This document shows positions 21,536 through 35,196 of a DNA stretch of 40,910 nt, piece by piece. The stretch comes from Octopus bimaculoides. Taxonomy: Eukaryota. Position 1 is the stretch's first letter; each line of letters opens with the position of its first letter. The notes below the pieces were generated by a model. The model was given only the letters and a program-made list of their open reading frames with translations. It searched no databases and was not told the DNA's origin. The stretch is taken from assembly GCF_001194135.2 (NCBI RefSeq), contig NC_068983.1, positions 326,647-367,556 of the forward strand. Reading direction: 5' to 3'. The translations under genes and the position numbers were made by a program.

Positions 21536-22043
21536 GTTTGTTAATAATTAGAAAAATAGTCATTAAACGTCACCAGTCCATTATGTATAAAAATTCTTAT
21601 TTCTCATGAATATCCAACGAAAAATGAATTTATACTGAGTGAAAATCGCAACCAAACAATTAAGAATGATGCTCCTCATTGCAGATTGTCTGGCACAAAG
21701 GTCGTAGAAATTCACAGATGCATTAGTGGCTTTCATCCATATATGTATGGATGGTTCAGGATAATAAATTTCTATTTCGTAACATAAATATATCAACGAT
21801 AAGAATCAGTGAAGGTTAGAAGAGAATCTACATTGGTAGAATATACATCGTCGGTCAAATTTATGTTTGAGAAAAATCAATAAGTTTGCCTCAACATGAA
21901 ATGCGTCTATTATTTTTATCACAAGCTCATTCACTTCACATCACACTGATGAGAAAGAGAGTTTTCGAAACAATCTGTCTATAGATATAGAGAATCTATG
22001 TTAAATATTAAAAATTAAATACTTTTCTTATTTATTATTTTAC

Positions 22044-22053
22044 GAGAGAGAGA

Positions 22054-22091
<38 letters not shown>

Positions 22092-22150
22092 AAGAGAGAG
22101 AGAGAGGAAGAGAGAGAGAGGAAGAGAGAGAGAGGAAGAGAGAGAGAGAG
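22044..22150 (+). repeat. (GA)n microsatellite
   Basis: Direct reading. Confidence 0.95.
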
Positions 22151-22431
22151 AACTTTATAGAATATTTCCGACAAATATTTTTCGTTGTAAAAAATAACCA
22201 ATGAGAAATGATTTTAAATCGTGTACAAAACCTAGTAATATTGATAATGAAGTTCCTCATTTCTGCTCAACAAAAGTGATAAATATCGATTTACGGAAAG
22301 AGGCGCACAGGAAAATCCTATTTGCAAGAATAGACCTTCTACATTTATATAAAGATAACAGATATTCATATCTTCTTGTCCTCTCAACACCAGTAATATA
22401 TTAATTAATTATCATCATTATTATCATTATT

Positions 22432-22795
22432 TTGGTTTGGATCAGGTTCGGTCTTATTCTTATTCGGGTTACTACCTGTAACCTTAGGTATCCACAAGTT
22501 TTCAGCAGTCTTTCAAGTGCTTAAAACCCTCCTGATAATCCTTGCTGTCTCTGAGAGGCAAACTTTCTGTAGGAACTCTACCGGCCATTCTATTTCAATC
22601 TCCTTCAGCCATTTGTCTATATCTTGGCTTATTGTTCCCAACGCACCAATTTCTATAGGTATGGGCTTTACAGCTTTCATATTTCAACCTCTACTGTTCG
22701 CATGCTCCAAATTCTTCCTATTACAAATTTTAAGTGATTGTAATTTTTTTGTTTGTCATCTTCTTTCTTCACGATCCTAGAATCAACAAGACATT
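22432..22795 (-). mobile_element. 5'-truncated R4/Dong-like RLE retrotransposon 3' end
   Basis: DSRIVKKEDDK..KAVKPIPIEIGALGTISQDIDKWLKEIEIEWPVEFLQKVCLSETARIIRRVLST* (stop 22513-22515), short 3' UTR, then a degenerate (AAT)n at ~22408-22432. Confidence 0.85.
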
Positions 22796-23296
22796 ATGGG
22801 TCGATTAGTAATCAAAATAAGGTCAAACAACTGACATGCAAATCTGTGGTATTGAGCAGAATATTTGCTGTAGCCCATCTTGGCGAGGCATTTTATAATT
22901 ATTTAGGGAGGGAAAGCAATTAGAAGAGAAGGACGTCTACTAAGTACAAGAGAAAAAGGGAGTATAAGAGAGAGATAGAGAAAGCGAGTAGAGAAAACAG
23001 TTTGAAAAAGGAAAAGAGAGACAAATATAAAGAAAGAAAGAAAAAGAGAGTAATTTATACAACTAAAATCGAGTTGAATAAAATATAATGTATATAATAT
23101 ATAAGTTATAGAAAGGTAAAAATATAAAAATATAAAATAAAATGTATAATATAAAAAATAATATAGTAACATGATAATCTATGTAGAATAGATACAGATA
23201 TGTAAAATATGAAAATAAGTATATTAAATAAGTAATTTAAATTAATGGATGGTTAAATAAGTAAATATATAAATGAATATTGTCAGCAGACAGAGA

Positions 23297-23302
23297 AGAT
23301 AG

Positions 23303-23360
<58 letters not shown>
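23297..23360 (+). repeat. (GATA)n(GA)n microsatellite
   Basis: Direct reading. Confidence 0.95.
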
Positions 23361-23361
<1 letters not shown>

Positions 23362-23628
23362 TAGAAAAAGAAAGGAGTGGGGAAAAAGGGCAGGTGAGAG
23401 ATAGGGGAGAGGTGAGTAAAGATAATTAATGGGAGTCAATTATCAGTGAGTCATTAATGTTCGGGTTGAGGATGAATAAATGGATGGAGTCATAGATTCG
23501 CAAAGAGTCCCAGAGTAATTTTTAGATCGACGGATATTTTTTCAAGCTACAGAGAGGTATGAATTCAGCAGGTAAACGACCAGGTGTGTAGGTGGTTAGA
23601 TACCCCCAAACGCACACATATGCATACT

Positions 23629-24205
23629 GATATATATATATATATATATATACGCGCGTTACACACACACACAAACATACACACACACATACAAATAGAA
23701 GCACACTGACACTCACACACACGTATATATATGCATATACACACAAATACATATACACATGTATACACACATATACATATATATATAGACACAAACACAC
23801 ACACATAAAGAGAGTTAGGGAGAGAGAGGGCGAGAAAGAGAAAGAGAGAGGTGGAGTGAGAGAGGGGGAGTGAGAAAGACACAAGTATAGACACACAGAA
23901 AAAACAAAAAACACAAACAAGAAATAAAGGCATGACCAGCAAAATTTGCTTTCATTATTTACTATTAAATGTCTCGTATCGATAGCTAAATATATATTTC
24001 ATAAAAAAGTCGATTATGTTTATCAATTAAAAAAAAAACAAAACATGAAAGAGAATTTCTATGACTATACTAGATAAGCACCAGCTCTGTTAGTGTATAT
24101 ATATATTGAAGTTCTATGACGTCCTGTACCCATATATGCCTGTGTATATACATATATATGTATGTACATATATGTATGTATACATGCATATATATATGTA
24201 TATTA
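23629..24205 (+). repeat. Degenerate TA/CA/GA/GTAT low-complexity tract
   Basis: Direct reading; interrupted by short unique stretches. Confidence 0.8.
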
Positions 24206-24508
24206 TTTATATTATTATATGATCGAACGCCACGCATCCATTTCCAAGTAAGTTTTATCTTAGCAAGTTTGATACGACACTTGTTCTATTTCTATTTCTC
24301 TTTCGTTTCCTCTTTCTTCCTTCCTCTAATTCTTTTATTCTCCCCTTTTCGTTTTTACTCTATCATTCTTTCTCTAATTCTTTTTCTCTCCCCTTCACCG
24401 TTCTGTATCTGTCCCTTTCTCTTCCTCCTTTACTCTCTCGTTGCTCACACGTGACCATCGGCCATCTTTCTTTTCCTAACTTGAGTTTCTTTTTTTTCTT
24501 CCGATCAG

Positions 24509-24610
24509 CTACAAGAGATCAGACGCATCCTTGTTCTCTCCAGTGAGATGGAACAAGCAGACATCTTCAGAGATACAATATTGAAGCAGAACCATTATAT
24601 AGTGTCCTAA
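24509..24610 (+). other. Candidate plus-strand terminal exon (unverified)
   Basis: CCTAAC branch-like motif (24475-24480), pyrimidine tract, CAG at 24506-24508, then LQEIRRILVLSSEMEQADIFRDTILKQNHYIVS*. No homolog recognised. Confidence 0.25.
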
Positions 24611-24734
24611 TCCTGTTTAGCAACGTTTCTACACATTACGATGGAGTGATTGAAATCTGTTGTTGTTCAAATATGTCACTGACCCCTGTCACTAAAACTT
24701 CACACATTATATAATGTACACACACACACACACA

Positions 24735-25568
24735 NNNNNNNNNNNNNNNNNNNNNNNNNNNNNNNNNNNNNNNNNNNNNNNNNNNNNNNNNNNNNNNNNN
24801 NNNNNNNNNNNNNNNNNNNNNNNNNNNNNNNNNNNNNNNNNNNNNNNNNNNNNNNNNNNNNNNNNNNNNNNNNNNNNNNNNNNNNNNNNNNNNNNNNNNN
24901 NNNNNNNNNNNNNNNNNNNNNNNNNNNNNNNNNNNNNNNNNNNNNNNNNNNNNNNNNNNNNNNNNNNNNNNNNNNNNNNNNNNNNNNNNNNNNNNNNNNN
25001 NNNNNNNNNNNNNNNNNNNNNNNNNNNNNNNNNNNNNNNNNNNNNNNNNNNNNNNNNNNNNNNNNNNNNNNNNNNNNNNNNNNNNNNNNNNNNNNNNNNN
25101 NNNNNNNNNNNNNNNNNNNNNNNNNNNNNNNNNNNNNNNNNNNNNNNNNNNNNNNNNNNNNNNNNNNNNNNNNNNNNNNNNNNNNNNNNNNNNNNNNNNN
25201 NNNNNNNNNNNNNNNNNNNNNNNNNNNNNNNNNNNNNNNNNNNNNNNNNNNNNNNNNNNNNNNNNNNNNNNNNNNNNNNNNNNNNNNNNNNNNNNNNNNN
25301 NNNNNNNNNNNNNNNNNNNNNNNNNNNNNNNNNNNNNNNNNNNNNNNNNNNNNNNNNNNNNNNNNNNNNNNNNNNNNNNNNNNNNNNNNNNNNNNNNNNN
25401 NNNNNNNNNNNNNNNNNNNNNNNNNNNNNNNNNNNNNNNNNNNNNNNNNNNNNNNNNNNNNNNNNNNNNNNNNNNNNNNNNNNNNNNNNNNNNNNNNNNN
25501 NNNNNNNNNNNNNNNNNNNNNNNNNNNNNNNNNNNNNNNNNNNNNNNNNNNNNNNNNNNNNNNNNNNN
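24735..25568. other. Assembly gap
   Basis: Run of N. Confidence 1.
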
Positions 25569-26018
25569 CAGCATCAACGATGTCGTTGATTGTCCCCCGA
25601 CGATTCTCATGCAGAAGTTGATGAATTTTCTGCACATTTTCGGAGGTGGCACTCGTGGAAGGTCTTCCAGACGGCTCATCGTATTTCAGGGACGTTCTTC
25701 CGCTTTTGAAGTACTCGAAACAGTACATACGACCTATTGCCTCGTTGCTGTAAGTTTGCCCGAAGCATGCTCAATGTCCCTGTAGCAGACTTAGCAAGTT
25801 TAATGCCAAATTTCACGTTGGCTCTTTGTTGCTGTCCATGACAAACTCGCAGACTGCAGCAGACACAGGTGACCACAACTTGCGAAGTAAACACAGCGAT
25901 GTCACTCGGCACCCCGCCTCACGAAAACCACTGCTAGCCCTCACTACGCAGGCAGACCTGTGCTCCCACCCGTTGGCGCACTACAGAACTAGTCCGAGAA
26001 CTTTTTAATACCACTTCG
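25569..26018 (-). mobile_element. Second mariner copy (5' half; remainder in or beyond the gap)
   Basis: TIR CTAGTCCGAGAACTTTTTAATACCACTTCG; QQQRANVKFGIKLAKSATGTLSML and FKSGRTSL..GRPSTS; collinear with 19730-20204. Confidence 0.93.
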
Positions 26019-26019
26019 T

Positions 26020-26138
26020 GTATGCATGGTTGTATGTGTGCGCGCGCACGTGTGCGTGTGTATATGTTTGCATGTATGTCATGTTAGATATACGTTGTGC
26101 ATATATATATGCACATCCAACCATCCATCCATCTATCC

Positions 26139-26196
<58 letters not shown>

Positions 26197-26197
26197 A

Positions 26198-26253
<56 letters not shown>

Positions 26254-26315
26254 CATCCATCCATCCATCCATCCATTCCTCTCTCTCTCTCTCTATCTGT
26301 ATGTCTGTGTGTCTG

Positions 26316-26388
<73 letters not shown>
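26020..26388 (+). repeat. Compound microsatellite (GT, CCAT, CTGT, CT, CTAT)
   Basis: Direct reading. Confidence 0.95.
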
Positions 26389-27472
26389 AACAAGTAGTAT
26401 AATATAATGTAGCACAGCACAGGTTGCAAAGAAATCTGAGATGAAAAACGATAATATTCAAAATTAACTAAAAGATCCAATATCGCCAAATTCTAAACTT
26501 TATTAAGGCTCACCTTAATAAATCTGACATGGTCAATGGTGACCATGCGAATTTAGAATTACATTATCTAATACTTTTAGATAGTATCATGGAAATTGAG
26601 ATTTGGCTGCTATCACTTGCAGGTTACGAGACCACTTAAACGACTCCAAGTCTTTATTTCACAGTCAGTTGCAATTTATAATTATATAATATTAAAAATG
26701 TTATCTAATGCTTTTTTTTTCAAATAACCTTTCCTTTATGTCTGTAAAGTCTAACCTTCTCCATGAATAAATTGCTGAAAATAGTTATCGCCCTCTAAAT
26801 AATGCTTGTGCTCACGATATCTACTGAGCTCTTATGGCAACAACAGAGCTAAAGCCTTGCCAAATGGCATTTCAAAGACTAGCTTCGTTTCCTTCATCAT
26901 GTCTCACATTACATTATATTACGGTTGCTACACACACACACCTACCTTCTGGAGTACCTTTAAGAAAGACCACCAAACTGGTTGACCAACCAATATACTG
27001 TGCATTCCTCTGCCACTGCTGCAGATCTTATAATGTCCCGCCATTTCCCTTCCTTGCAACTGTTTCCGCTCTACAACAGTTGCCAAGTTCCTTTCTTTCT
27101 GATTACAACTCTGTAATTCCCATATTCCCACCAAACATTTAAACTGAGTAGAAACTACATCGATCTTTATTTCGTCTAGGATGCTCGTAAAGGCGAAAGG
27201 CACTGTCCATCTTGGACTACATACTATAATATATATTTATCAACATCCATTTCTTAAATACAATTTTAGAACGAATATTCTGTTAATTCTGAAATTATGA
27301 GATTCGAAGAGGTTGGAATGCATTCTGCTTTCAAGAACCTTTTTAATGATACGCAAACAACGATCTCCCAGGGAAGTCAGATGAATATTAATGAAGAAAT
27401 TTCTTGAAACTGTGAATGAATTCCAGTGAGAATTGACACGGATAGAAGTGAGAAATGAAGCAAATATAACTG

Positions 27473-27599
<127 letters not shown>

Positions 27600-29617
27600 A
27601 GTCTGGTATTTGAGTACGTTAGGAGAGTAGAAAGACTGATATACCTTAGAAAATTCGAGTTAGCTGTCGAATGCGAATCTGTTAATATTTTGGCAATAAC
27701 ACACGTTAGGCATAAGCAAGCATATTGTTAAATATATGAATTGTAGTTAGATAAAGCAGGAGATGTGAGATCAACAAAATAAATATTTTTTATTGCTTGG
27801 TGAAGTATGACCTAAATTCTATTTACTGAAGTGTAGGAAGTGTGAACATTATTAACATAATTGTAAATCTTTAAGATCATCGAATTTATTATATTACCTG
27901 GAGTAATATTGACGGTTATTTCGGAGAATCGACACAATGGTTCGGAAGCCAAGTAAAAATGTTATTTTCCATCCCTACAAAAGAAAAGATGCAAATTCAG
28001 CTCTTGATTTAAAGATACACACACACATACAAACAGGCACACACACACGCACACAGACACACATGTATGTATTTAAGTATATACATCATTTCTAAATTAT
28101 TTACACTGTCTTAGGTAGTTCTTATAACATTTTACACGACTGCAGTTATTACTTTAAAAAACCTGACAAAGGACACATTATACAATGTGTGAAATTTTTT
28201 ACAGGAAAGTCACAGAAACTGTTAGCTTCAGTGTCGATTATACAGCAGAAAGATGAATCAAATTAAGAATAAGCTATGTATTAAATTAGATCAACGAAGT
28301 GTTGAACTGTTGGGAATCGTTTAACGGAAGTGGAGATCAATGGTGAGATTAATTAGATAAAAATAAGGTGTTGTGTTGTTCATTGATGAAGATTTTGATA
28401 GAAAAGTTAGAAGTAATGATCTCTGGTTTAAAACTAACACTGTGCACAAACCGATGTTGTAGTTTAATCGAAGAATTAATAAACATATCAATCGATGCTG
28501 TTTATTTCTAGAAAAAGAAAAGTCAATCTGAAAACAACGAAATCGTTTAAGGACCGTGGAATTAGAAAATTAACAACTTGATATCACGAAAGTTGCAGTG
28601 AATTTATGAATCAATATAAAAGATATTGATATTTCTCGTAAGATGAGAAACCAGATACACTGCTAACAAAATGTCTTAACGAACATCTAATATTTCTTTA
28701 AAGAAGACTGTATTCTATTACTTTCGGCTGAATTATACTTGTACAAAATATTACGATGATTTTCTGACTATTAACGGCGTTAGAAAACTACGGGCTGCTG
28801 ACGACAGCACGAAAACCATTGGTGATAGTGAAGGTGTATTTGTTGTAATCAAAATCTGTTTGTGAACAGGGTAAAATAAATCTCAACTGAGATTAAGCGA
28901 GTAAAAACCACTCCTACAATAATATTATTCTTTACCTGAAGGAAATTAATATTTCAAGATATAGGTCCCATTATGGAAACCATGTAAACAGTTTCACACA
29001 TAAATTACGTTTCTGGAAGTAATAGATCGATTTAAGATTATAAAACGATCATTTACGGCAAAATACACTGGAAACGATAACGAGAAATCGACTACACCAA
29101 GATTAAAAAGTACAAATTTGAAAGAAAATTACTTTTGGAACGAAAATTAATTTTTATTTATTTATTTTTTACTTACATAACTGCAATATTTGTTTCTATC
29201 GATTACCTTTTTATTGCTTTCAATAGCAATAAAGTTCCCTACAAAGACATACATTAGGTATTTTGTTCGAGAATTTTAAAGTCTTTTGTTGTTCTAGAAA
29301 AATCCTTTCATCCTGACGGAGTAATTTTAAATAGAAATTTCTAAATGGTTGCTTCAGTTTCTCAAATTACGACATTTTCCGTATTCAGGAAAATTTACAA
29401 GAAAGGAAAGTAAATTCCAATGGATGCTGGTAATTATATTCCTGTGTCATATTTCCACTTGACCTAGTTTTGTATTAATCCCATCGATCCTACTGACCTA
29501 TTTAGAAATTCTGATCGGAACAAAACCCCAAATCAAGAATAGAATCACAAATGAAGATTTATTTCAAAACAGCAATAACGGTTTACAGTTAAATATCTTA
29601 GTTATCCAAAGCTCATG

Positions 29618-29627
<10 letters not shown>

Positions 29628-29697
<70 letters not shown>

Positions 29698-29945
29698 ACT
29701 ATCGATCTTCCTGTCTGTTAGTCTGTCTGTCAGTCTGTCTATCTATGTGTAAGCGTCTATCTATATATGTCTATCTATGTGTAAGTGTGTGTATGTGTGT
29801 GTGTGTGTGAGCATATGTATATGTGTGCAAATGTATACACGTGTGCAGATGTATGCACACACATCTATGCCTTTGTATACTTATATGTGTGTGTATACAT
29901 TGGCATGTGTACGTATGTATGTTTGTATGTATGTATGCATGTATG
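29628..29945 (+). repeat. (TCTA)n followed by degenerate GT/GTAT tract
   Basis: Direct reading. Confidence 0.9.
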
Positions 29946-29989
29946 TTTTCTATTTTTAATCATTTGAAAGCTTCCGATGAGGAAGGAGC

Positions 29990-30900
29990 TAGTTTCTAAC
30001 AAAAGTAAAAAGTTCCATCGTTACAATGTAGAGAACAAAAACCATGTCGCATTCTAAACTTCAGAAAAATCTTGCATATTTTTACTGTTCCACTTACAGA
30101 TTGTATTTGTAATGTGAGAGTCAGTCGGTTAATTTCTTTTTCTGTAAACCCCTGTTTATCCAAAATCTCCCGTTGGCATTTACTCACAAAACCATCAGCA
30201 CCAATTATTATTATTGGTATAAATGTGAATTTATAATCTCAATATAAAAGCTGGAGGTTTCGAAGCAGTTGTCCATCGTTATCCTTCAAAGAGACATTCA
30301 CATCAGCAGGGCAGCTGACTTCTATGACCGGATATTGTTGTTCCAAACAACAATATCCGGCCTGTTCTGCTTATACTTGACGTGTTTTGACGGGAATATT
30401 CCACCAATATTCCTTGTTTTGAGGTTTGTGTATTCAGTAACAAGGGGGTAGTCTCTATATTTATTCCAGGACAGTCTTTTTTTCCGGATGGTATTTGCGA
30501 CAACGTTATGTCGCATAGAGAGGTAGTATCATGATGACATTTTGGGGCAGCTGCTAATCACGTGTGTGATGTCTTCCACAGAAATATGACATGATCTACA
30601 TTTTTGGCTGCACATTAGAACTGCAAGATCCCCATTGTCTCTTTTGTTTATTAGGTATTTCATAGCAATCTCTCGTTTTAGGACTGAACATTCATAGCTT
30701 TCGAAGTATGATGTGATGTAGCAACCTCGTGTCTTCGCTTCATGTCAATATTACTGTTTTTAAGCTTTAGGTAAACATAACCATGCATATTCCTTTTTGG
30801 TATGCAGGACGTTCTAAGTCTTCTTTGAGATATGTTAGTCCGGCTGTTTTGTGGTTCTATGGGAGGTCACCAGGAAGAGAGTGCTTCCTGAGAAGCTCAC
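29990..30900 (-). mobile_element. RLE-type (R4/NeSL-like) non-LTR retrotransposon C-terminal region: CCHC knuckle plus restriction-like endonuclease
   Basis: KKCRSCHISVEDITHVISSCPKMSS*YYLSMRHNVVANTI (C-x2-C-x8-H-x4-C), KQNRPDIVVW, and ..TLQIQSVSGTVKICKIFLKF at the end. Confidence 0.88.
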
Positions 30901-31702
30901 TACTGACACGTAGGGTTAGGGTTCACTTTTTAGCATTAAGCTAATATATTTATTTTTTGCTGCTGTTGTTTAGCAAATATTTATGTTATACTTTCGTACA
31001 ATAAACGATGTAATTCAAAAGATAAATTGTGTAAGAGACGTTTTTCGAAATAAAAAGAAACAAATGTGGGTTTTTAATTGCCATCTCAGTAGCAAAATCT
31101 TGTAAAATCTCATCTAATATTTTTTTTAAGGAAGAGGATTATGAGGAAAATGAAATGTGGATAGAGGTCTAAAAATGCTTACCATCACTCACTCTTTTCT
31201 TAGCAACATTTTTCTGTATGAAACCCTGTCTAATATTTTTCCCAATGTAATCTCTATGATGTTTTAGAGAATATGTTTTGCAATGAACGAAAGAATCATT
31301 AGCGATACTTGTAGATACATTGGGACTAAAAGGAAAATCGAACCTTCATGTTAGGTTTCTATTCTTTCAATGTAGGAGAGTAAATTAATATTATTTGTAT
31401 TATTTATGGAATTAATCTTATTCTAAAAAAAAAGCACATCCGAGTATCAGCACTTTATTATATTAGGGTGTGCTTTGTTAAAGGAACACAAATCAGATGA
31501 AATACTGCATAAATATATTGTTTTTAAACCAAATTATAACAATTAGTGGATGGCTGCATAAATGGAGGTAACATATCTTTGTTATCAAGCATGATGTTGA
31601 GCTATAGTCTTCAAGAAAGATTACGGTAGGTTTACCACTACAGAAGTCCCTGATTATCCGTATATACTTATCTGGACACTGATAGCTTTCGGGCAGAATT
31701 CC

Positions 31703-31945
31703 TAAGAAGGTGACGTGAACTAACTGGCAGCGTTGCTAGAGCATCGGAAAGGATGCTTCGCGTTATTGGTTCCGTCTCTCTACACTCTTTGTTCAATCTT
31801 GCCAAAATCAATTTTTTCGGGGTCGACAAAAAAGCGTCCATCCAAGACTGTGGGTAAAACTTTAAGAACATCAGACAGGGGGCCGTAGAGCATTTCAGTA
31901 TTGCTCTGTCTCTTTGTGTTGTGAGTTCAAATCTAGCCATAGCTT
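31703..31945 (+). mobile_element. Degenerate SINE plus a second SINE head
   Basis: CTGGCAGCGTTGCTAGAGCATCGGAAAGGATGCTT..TTCGGGGTCGACAAAAAAG, then GTGAGTTCAAATCTAGCC. Confidence 0.7.
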
Positions 31946-32904
31946 CTAATGCAAGTTAAGGCCGCATGAAACTTTGCAGTAATGGTGGAAGGTGAATTCC
32001 ATGCAGTAGTTGAACAGAAAAATGTTCCTAATATTTTGAGACACTGAGTGGGCCAGTTAGTACAAGGGAGATAATCATTTCATCATAATATTTGGAGGGA
32101 TTAAAAGTTTGAATTTCAAATCAAGAAATACGGAAAAAAGAGGCATAGGATATACAGATTACTTTAATTTTTGCTTGCTTACTTATCATTAGGTTCTTAA
32201 AAATTTTTGTCAATGGTAATCATGCACAGTCCACTTTCATTCTTTTTAGAAACGATCAGCATTACATAATCGGAAGTATATAAATGGAGCATTTCATGAA
32301 GTGAGACACTTCTTAAAGATGGGAAATAATTAGTCTGGAAGAAATTTATCGAATGTGCGTATTTCTTTTCCTTTTCTTCGTAGAGCGTTTGTTGTTTAGT
32401 AATCGAAAGAGAAGAAAGGTTCTTAGCCTCAACCTACAGATAACTGTTTCCAAAGTGTTCTTACTGCCAAAGATGCTCTTATAGAAGTTAATATTTTAGT
32501 TTTAGCTGCTTACGAAATTCCGTTTTTATTATCTTCTGTCAACCATAGATATCGGTTTTAAGCTGATATTTCATAAAAGTAATCTCTCATTAGTTTTTAT
32601 TTAGTTTCAGCTTCATATCTCTCGAAACTACGTAGAATGTTTTGATAAAGTAAATAAAATATTTGTATTTCGAAGGGCTGTACCGAAAATACAGGCAAAG
32701 TTGTGCCAAAACCTCTGCTCCGGATCTCTCTACCAGAACAACGGAAAGCAAACATGTCGTTAGATCGATAATCGATAAACAATGGGACAAGCTACCGCAA
32801 AAGGTGTAATTACCTATGACCTTATTGCAAAATTTATTATTTAGTGAACGTAGTTGAAATTAGTTTGTTGTAGGGGTGAGTTAAATCAGTCGCTCTCACT
32901 GTTA

Positions 32905-33115
<211 letters not shown>

Positions 33116-33750
33116 AGTTTGTGTACGAGAAAAAATGGAGAAATTGAGATATAGACATCAATCTACTAGAACATATTTAATTCGAAACAAAAAGAAATTG
33201 ATAGCACCTATAATTGTTTCCATTCCCAATTAATTCGATTTGAAAAATTAAATTAAATTAAATCCTCGATTGACTCGGACATATGAGTCTATCAAGGATC
33301 TACCAACACATTGGAATGGAGCTCCTTTCTATCAAGTTCTTCTCCTGACGAAATTTCCAAATAGCTATATTTAATACGAAACTTAATTTAATTTCTCAAA
33401 TTGAATTTATTGAGTATTAGAAACAATTTTTAGGTGCTACGAGTTTGTTTTTGCTTGGAATTGAATTTGTTCTCATAAATTGATGTCATTATCTTAATTG
33501 CTCCGCTTTCTTTTTCTCATACATAAACAATAATATATCCATATCCATCAATTCGAAGCTAGCATCTTTGGTTTTTCATTGATACACTGGATAAAACCCG
33601 GGAACCTGGATACTGACATTCCTTTAAGTGCCTCACTCGAACCCTATAGCACCATGCCATTGTGTCTATAATCCATGATTGTATCGCATTGGACTACTTT
33701 TGGGTTATTTCGTACACGCAAAAATACTGTATACATAATCCTTATATTTA

Positions 33751-33925
33751 TTTCTAATCTAGACACTAGGCCAGCAATACTGAAGGCGATATTCGATGTC
33801 ATCGAGCCTCCCAGCTTTTGACTAGTCCTTTATTTTATCGATTCCAAAAAGATGAAAAACAAAGCTAACGTCTGCAGTATTTGGAGTCAGAACGTAAGGA
33901 GTCGAACCAACACTGAACGGAAGTT
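33751..33925 (-). mobile_element. Degenerate SINE
   Basis: Reverse complement: CTTACGTTCTGACTCCAAAT..TTTTCATCTTTTTGGAATCGATAAAATAAAG..ATTGCTGGCCTAGTGTCTAG. Confidence 0.75.
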
Positions 33926-34513
33926 TCCTATCAACTCGTCTCCTAATAATCAATTGGTGCCAACAAATCGTAAACTTGAGGTTGATGTTAATATTATCGT
34001 AGTTTCCCTTAAACTCGTAACCATTACATTCCGTCACATTTCGGATTAATGCTTTTACACTTCTAGAGCTGGAGATAACTAGGGAAATACCTAATTAAAA
34101 AAAGGGACAGTAAAGCCCTTAACACCGCAGAGTATGACTGAAAATGTCTATAATGTCACGCTTTTGCGGAAGAAACTACTCCCGTGGTCACCAGTTGCTA
34201 CCAAACTGTCATCAATTTACTATCTCTCATTTTCATTGCAGCATCATGTTGTTAAACGAATATACATTGCCATCCATAAGAAAGAGTGTCGTGGGATAAA
34301 CTAGACAATATTTCTGTTATTGAATATGCAAAGAATATTGATGGAACATTCCTACCAAAATTCAGTCAAGTACAAATATAAAAAAAATACAAAACTGATT
34401 CAGTTATTTGGGTCAGAAAGTAAAATATGAATCCTTTTCAGTCTCAAGAGCGTTTCTTTAAAAATCAGTGAGAAGAGAATATTTATAGATGAATACCTCG
34501 AAAGTTGCAACAT

Positions 34514-34544
34514 CTCCACCCTCCACCCTCCACCCTCCACCCTC
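34514..34544 (+). repeat. (CTCCACC)4 heptamer repeat
   Basis: Direct reading. Confidence 0.9.
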
Positions 34545-34724
34545 GGTAATGTTAGTAAATGTTTCAACGACAATCTCAAAAGGCTTGGGTCTTCAGCCAA
34601 AGAATGTGACCATCCAATATGCACTTCGTAAATACAATCTGTAAGTGGAGCAGTAGAATATGTAAGATTTTTCTAAGGTTCGATGTATAAGCATACATGT
34701 ATGCATGCATATATGTATATATGT

Positions 34725-35026
34725 AAGAATATCATCGCGGAGTTAGAAAATGGAAAATTGACGTATGGAGAACCTTCGGTCACGGGATCTTGCTTATCAC
34801 ATGAAAACAGACAAATAATACATTCCCCATCAACAAAGAGTGAAAAAATAGACTATGAACATTGTTCTGGAACAGTGAAAAGAGAACATTGAAACTGAGA
34901 TTAATAACCTTCAAAAAAAAATAGTAATACAGAGTAATAGAGAGTAATCGTATTAAATGGAGAATTGAAAACCGTCAGTGAAACTTGAGGAAAGCAATGC
35001 ACCAGGAAGGGACTCCATTGTTAGAT

Positions 35027-35078
<52 letters not shown>

Positions 35079-35196
35079 GAACTTTTATCGGAGTATATTT
35101 GCCCCTTTTATCAGTAAGCATTCAATGGAAATATAAACATACCTAGATGATTATCTCTGGCAGAAACACAACTGATATCTAACAACAATAATAAAG

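Noticed and set aside
26830-27470. Possible RTE fragments (ETVARKG-WR on minus; IRRGWNAF on plus)
   Set aside because: Single weak motifs only; insufficient to call.
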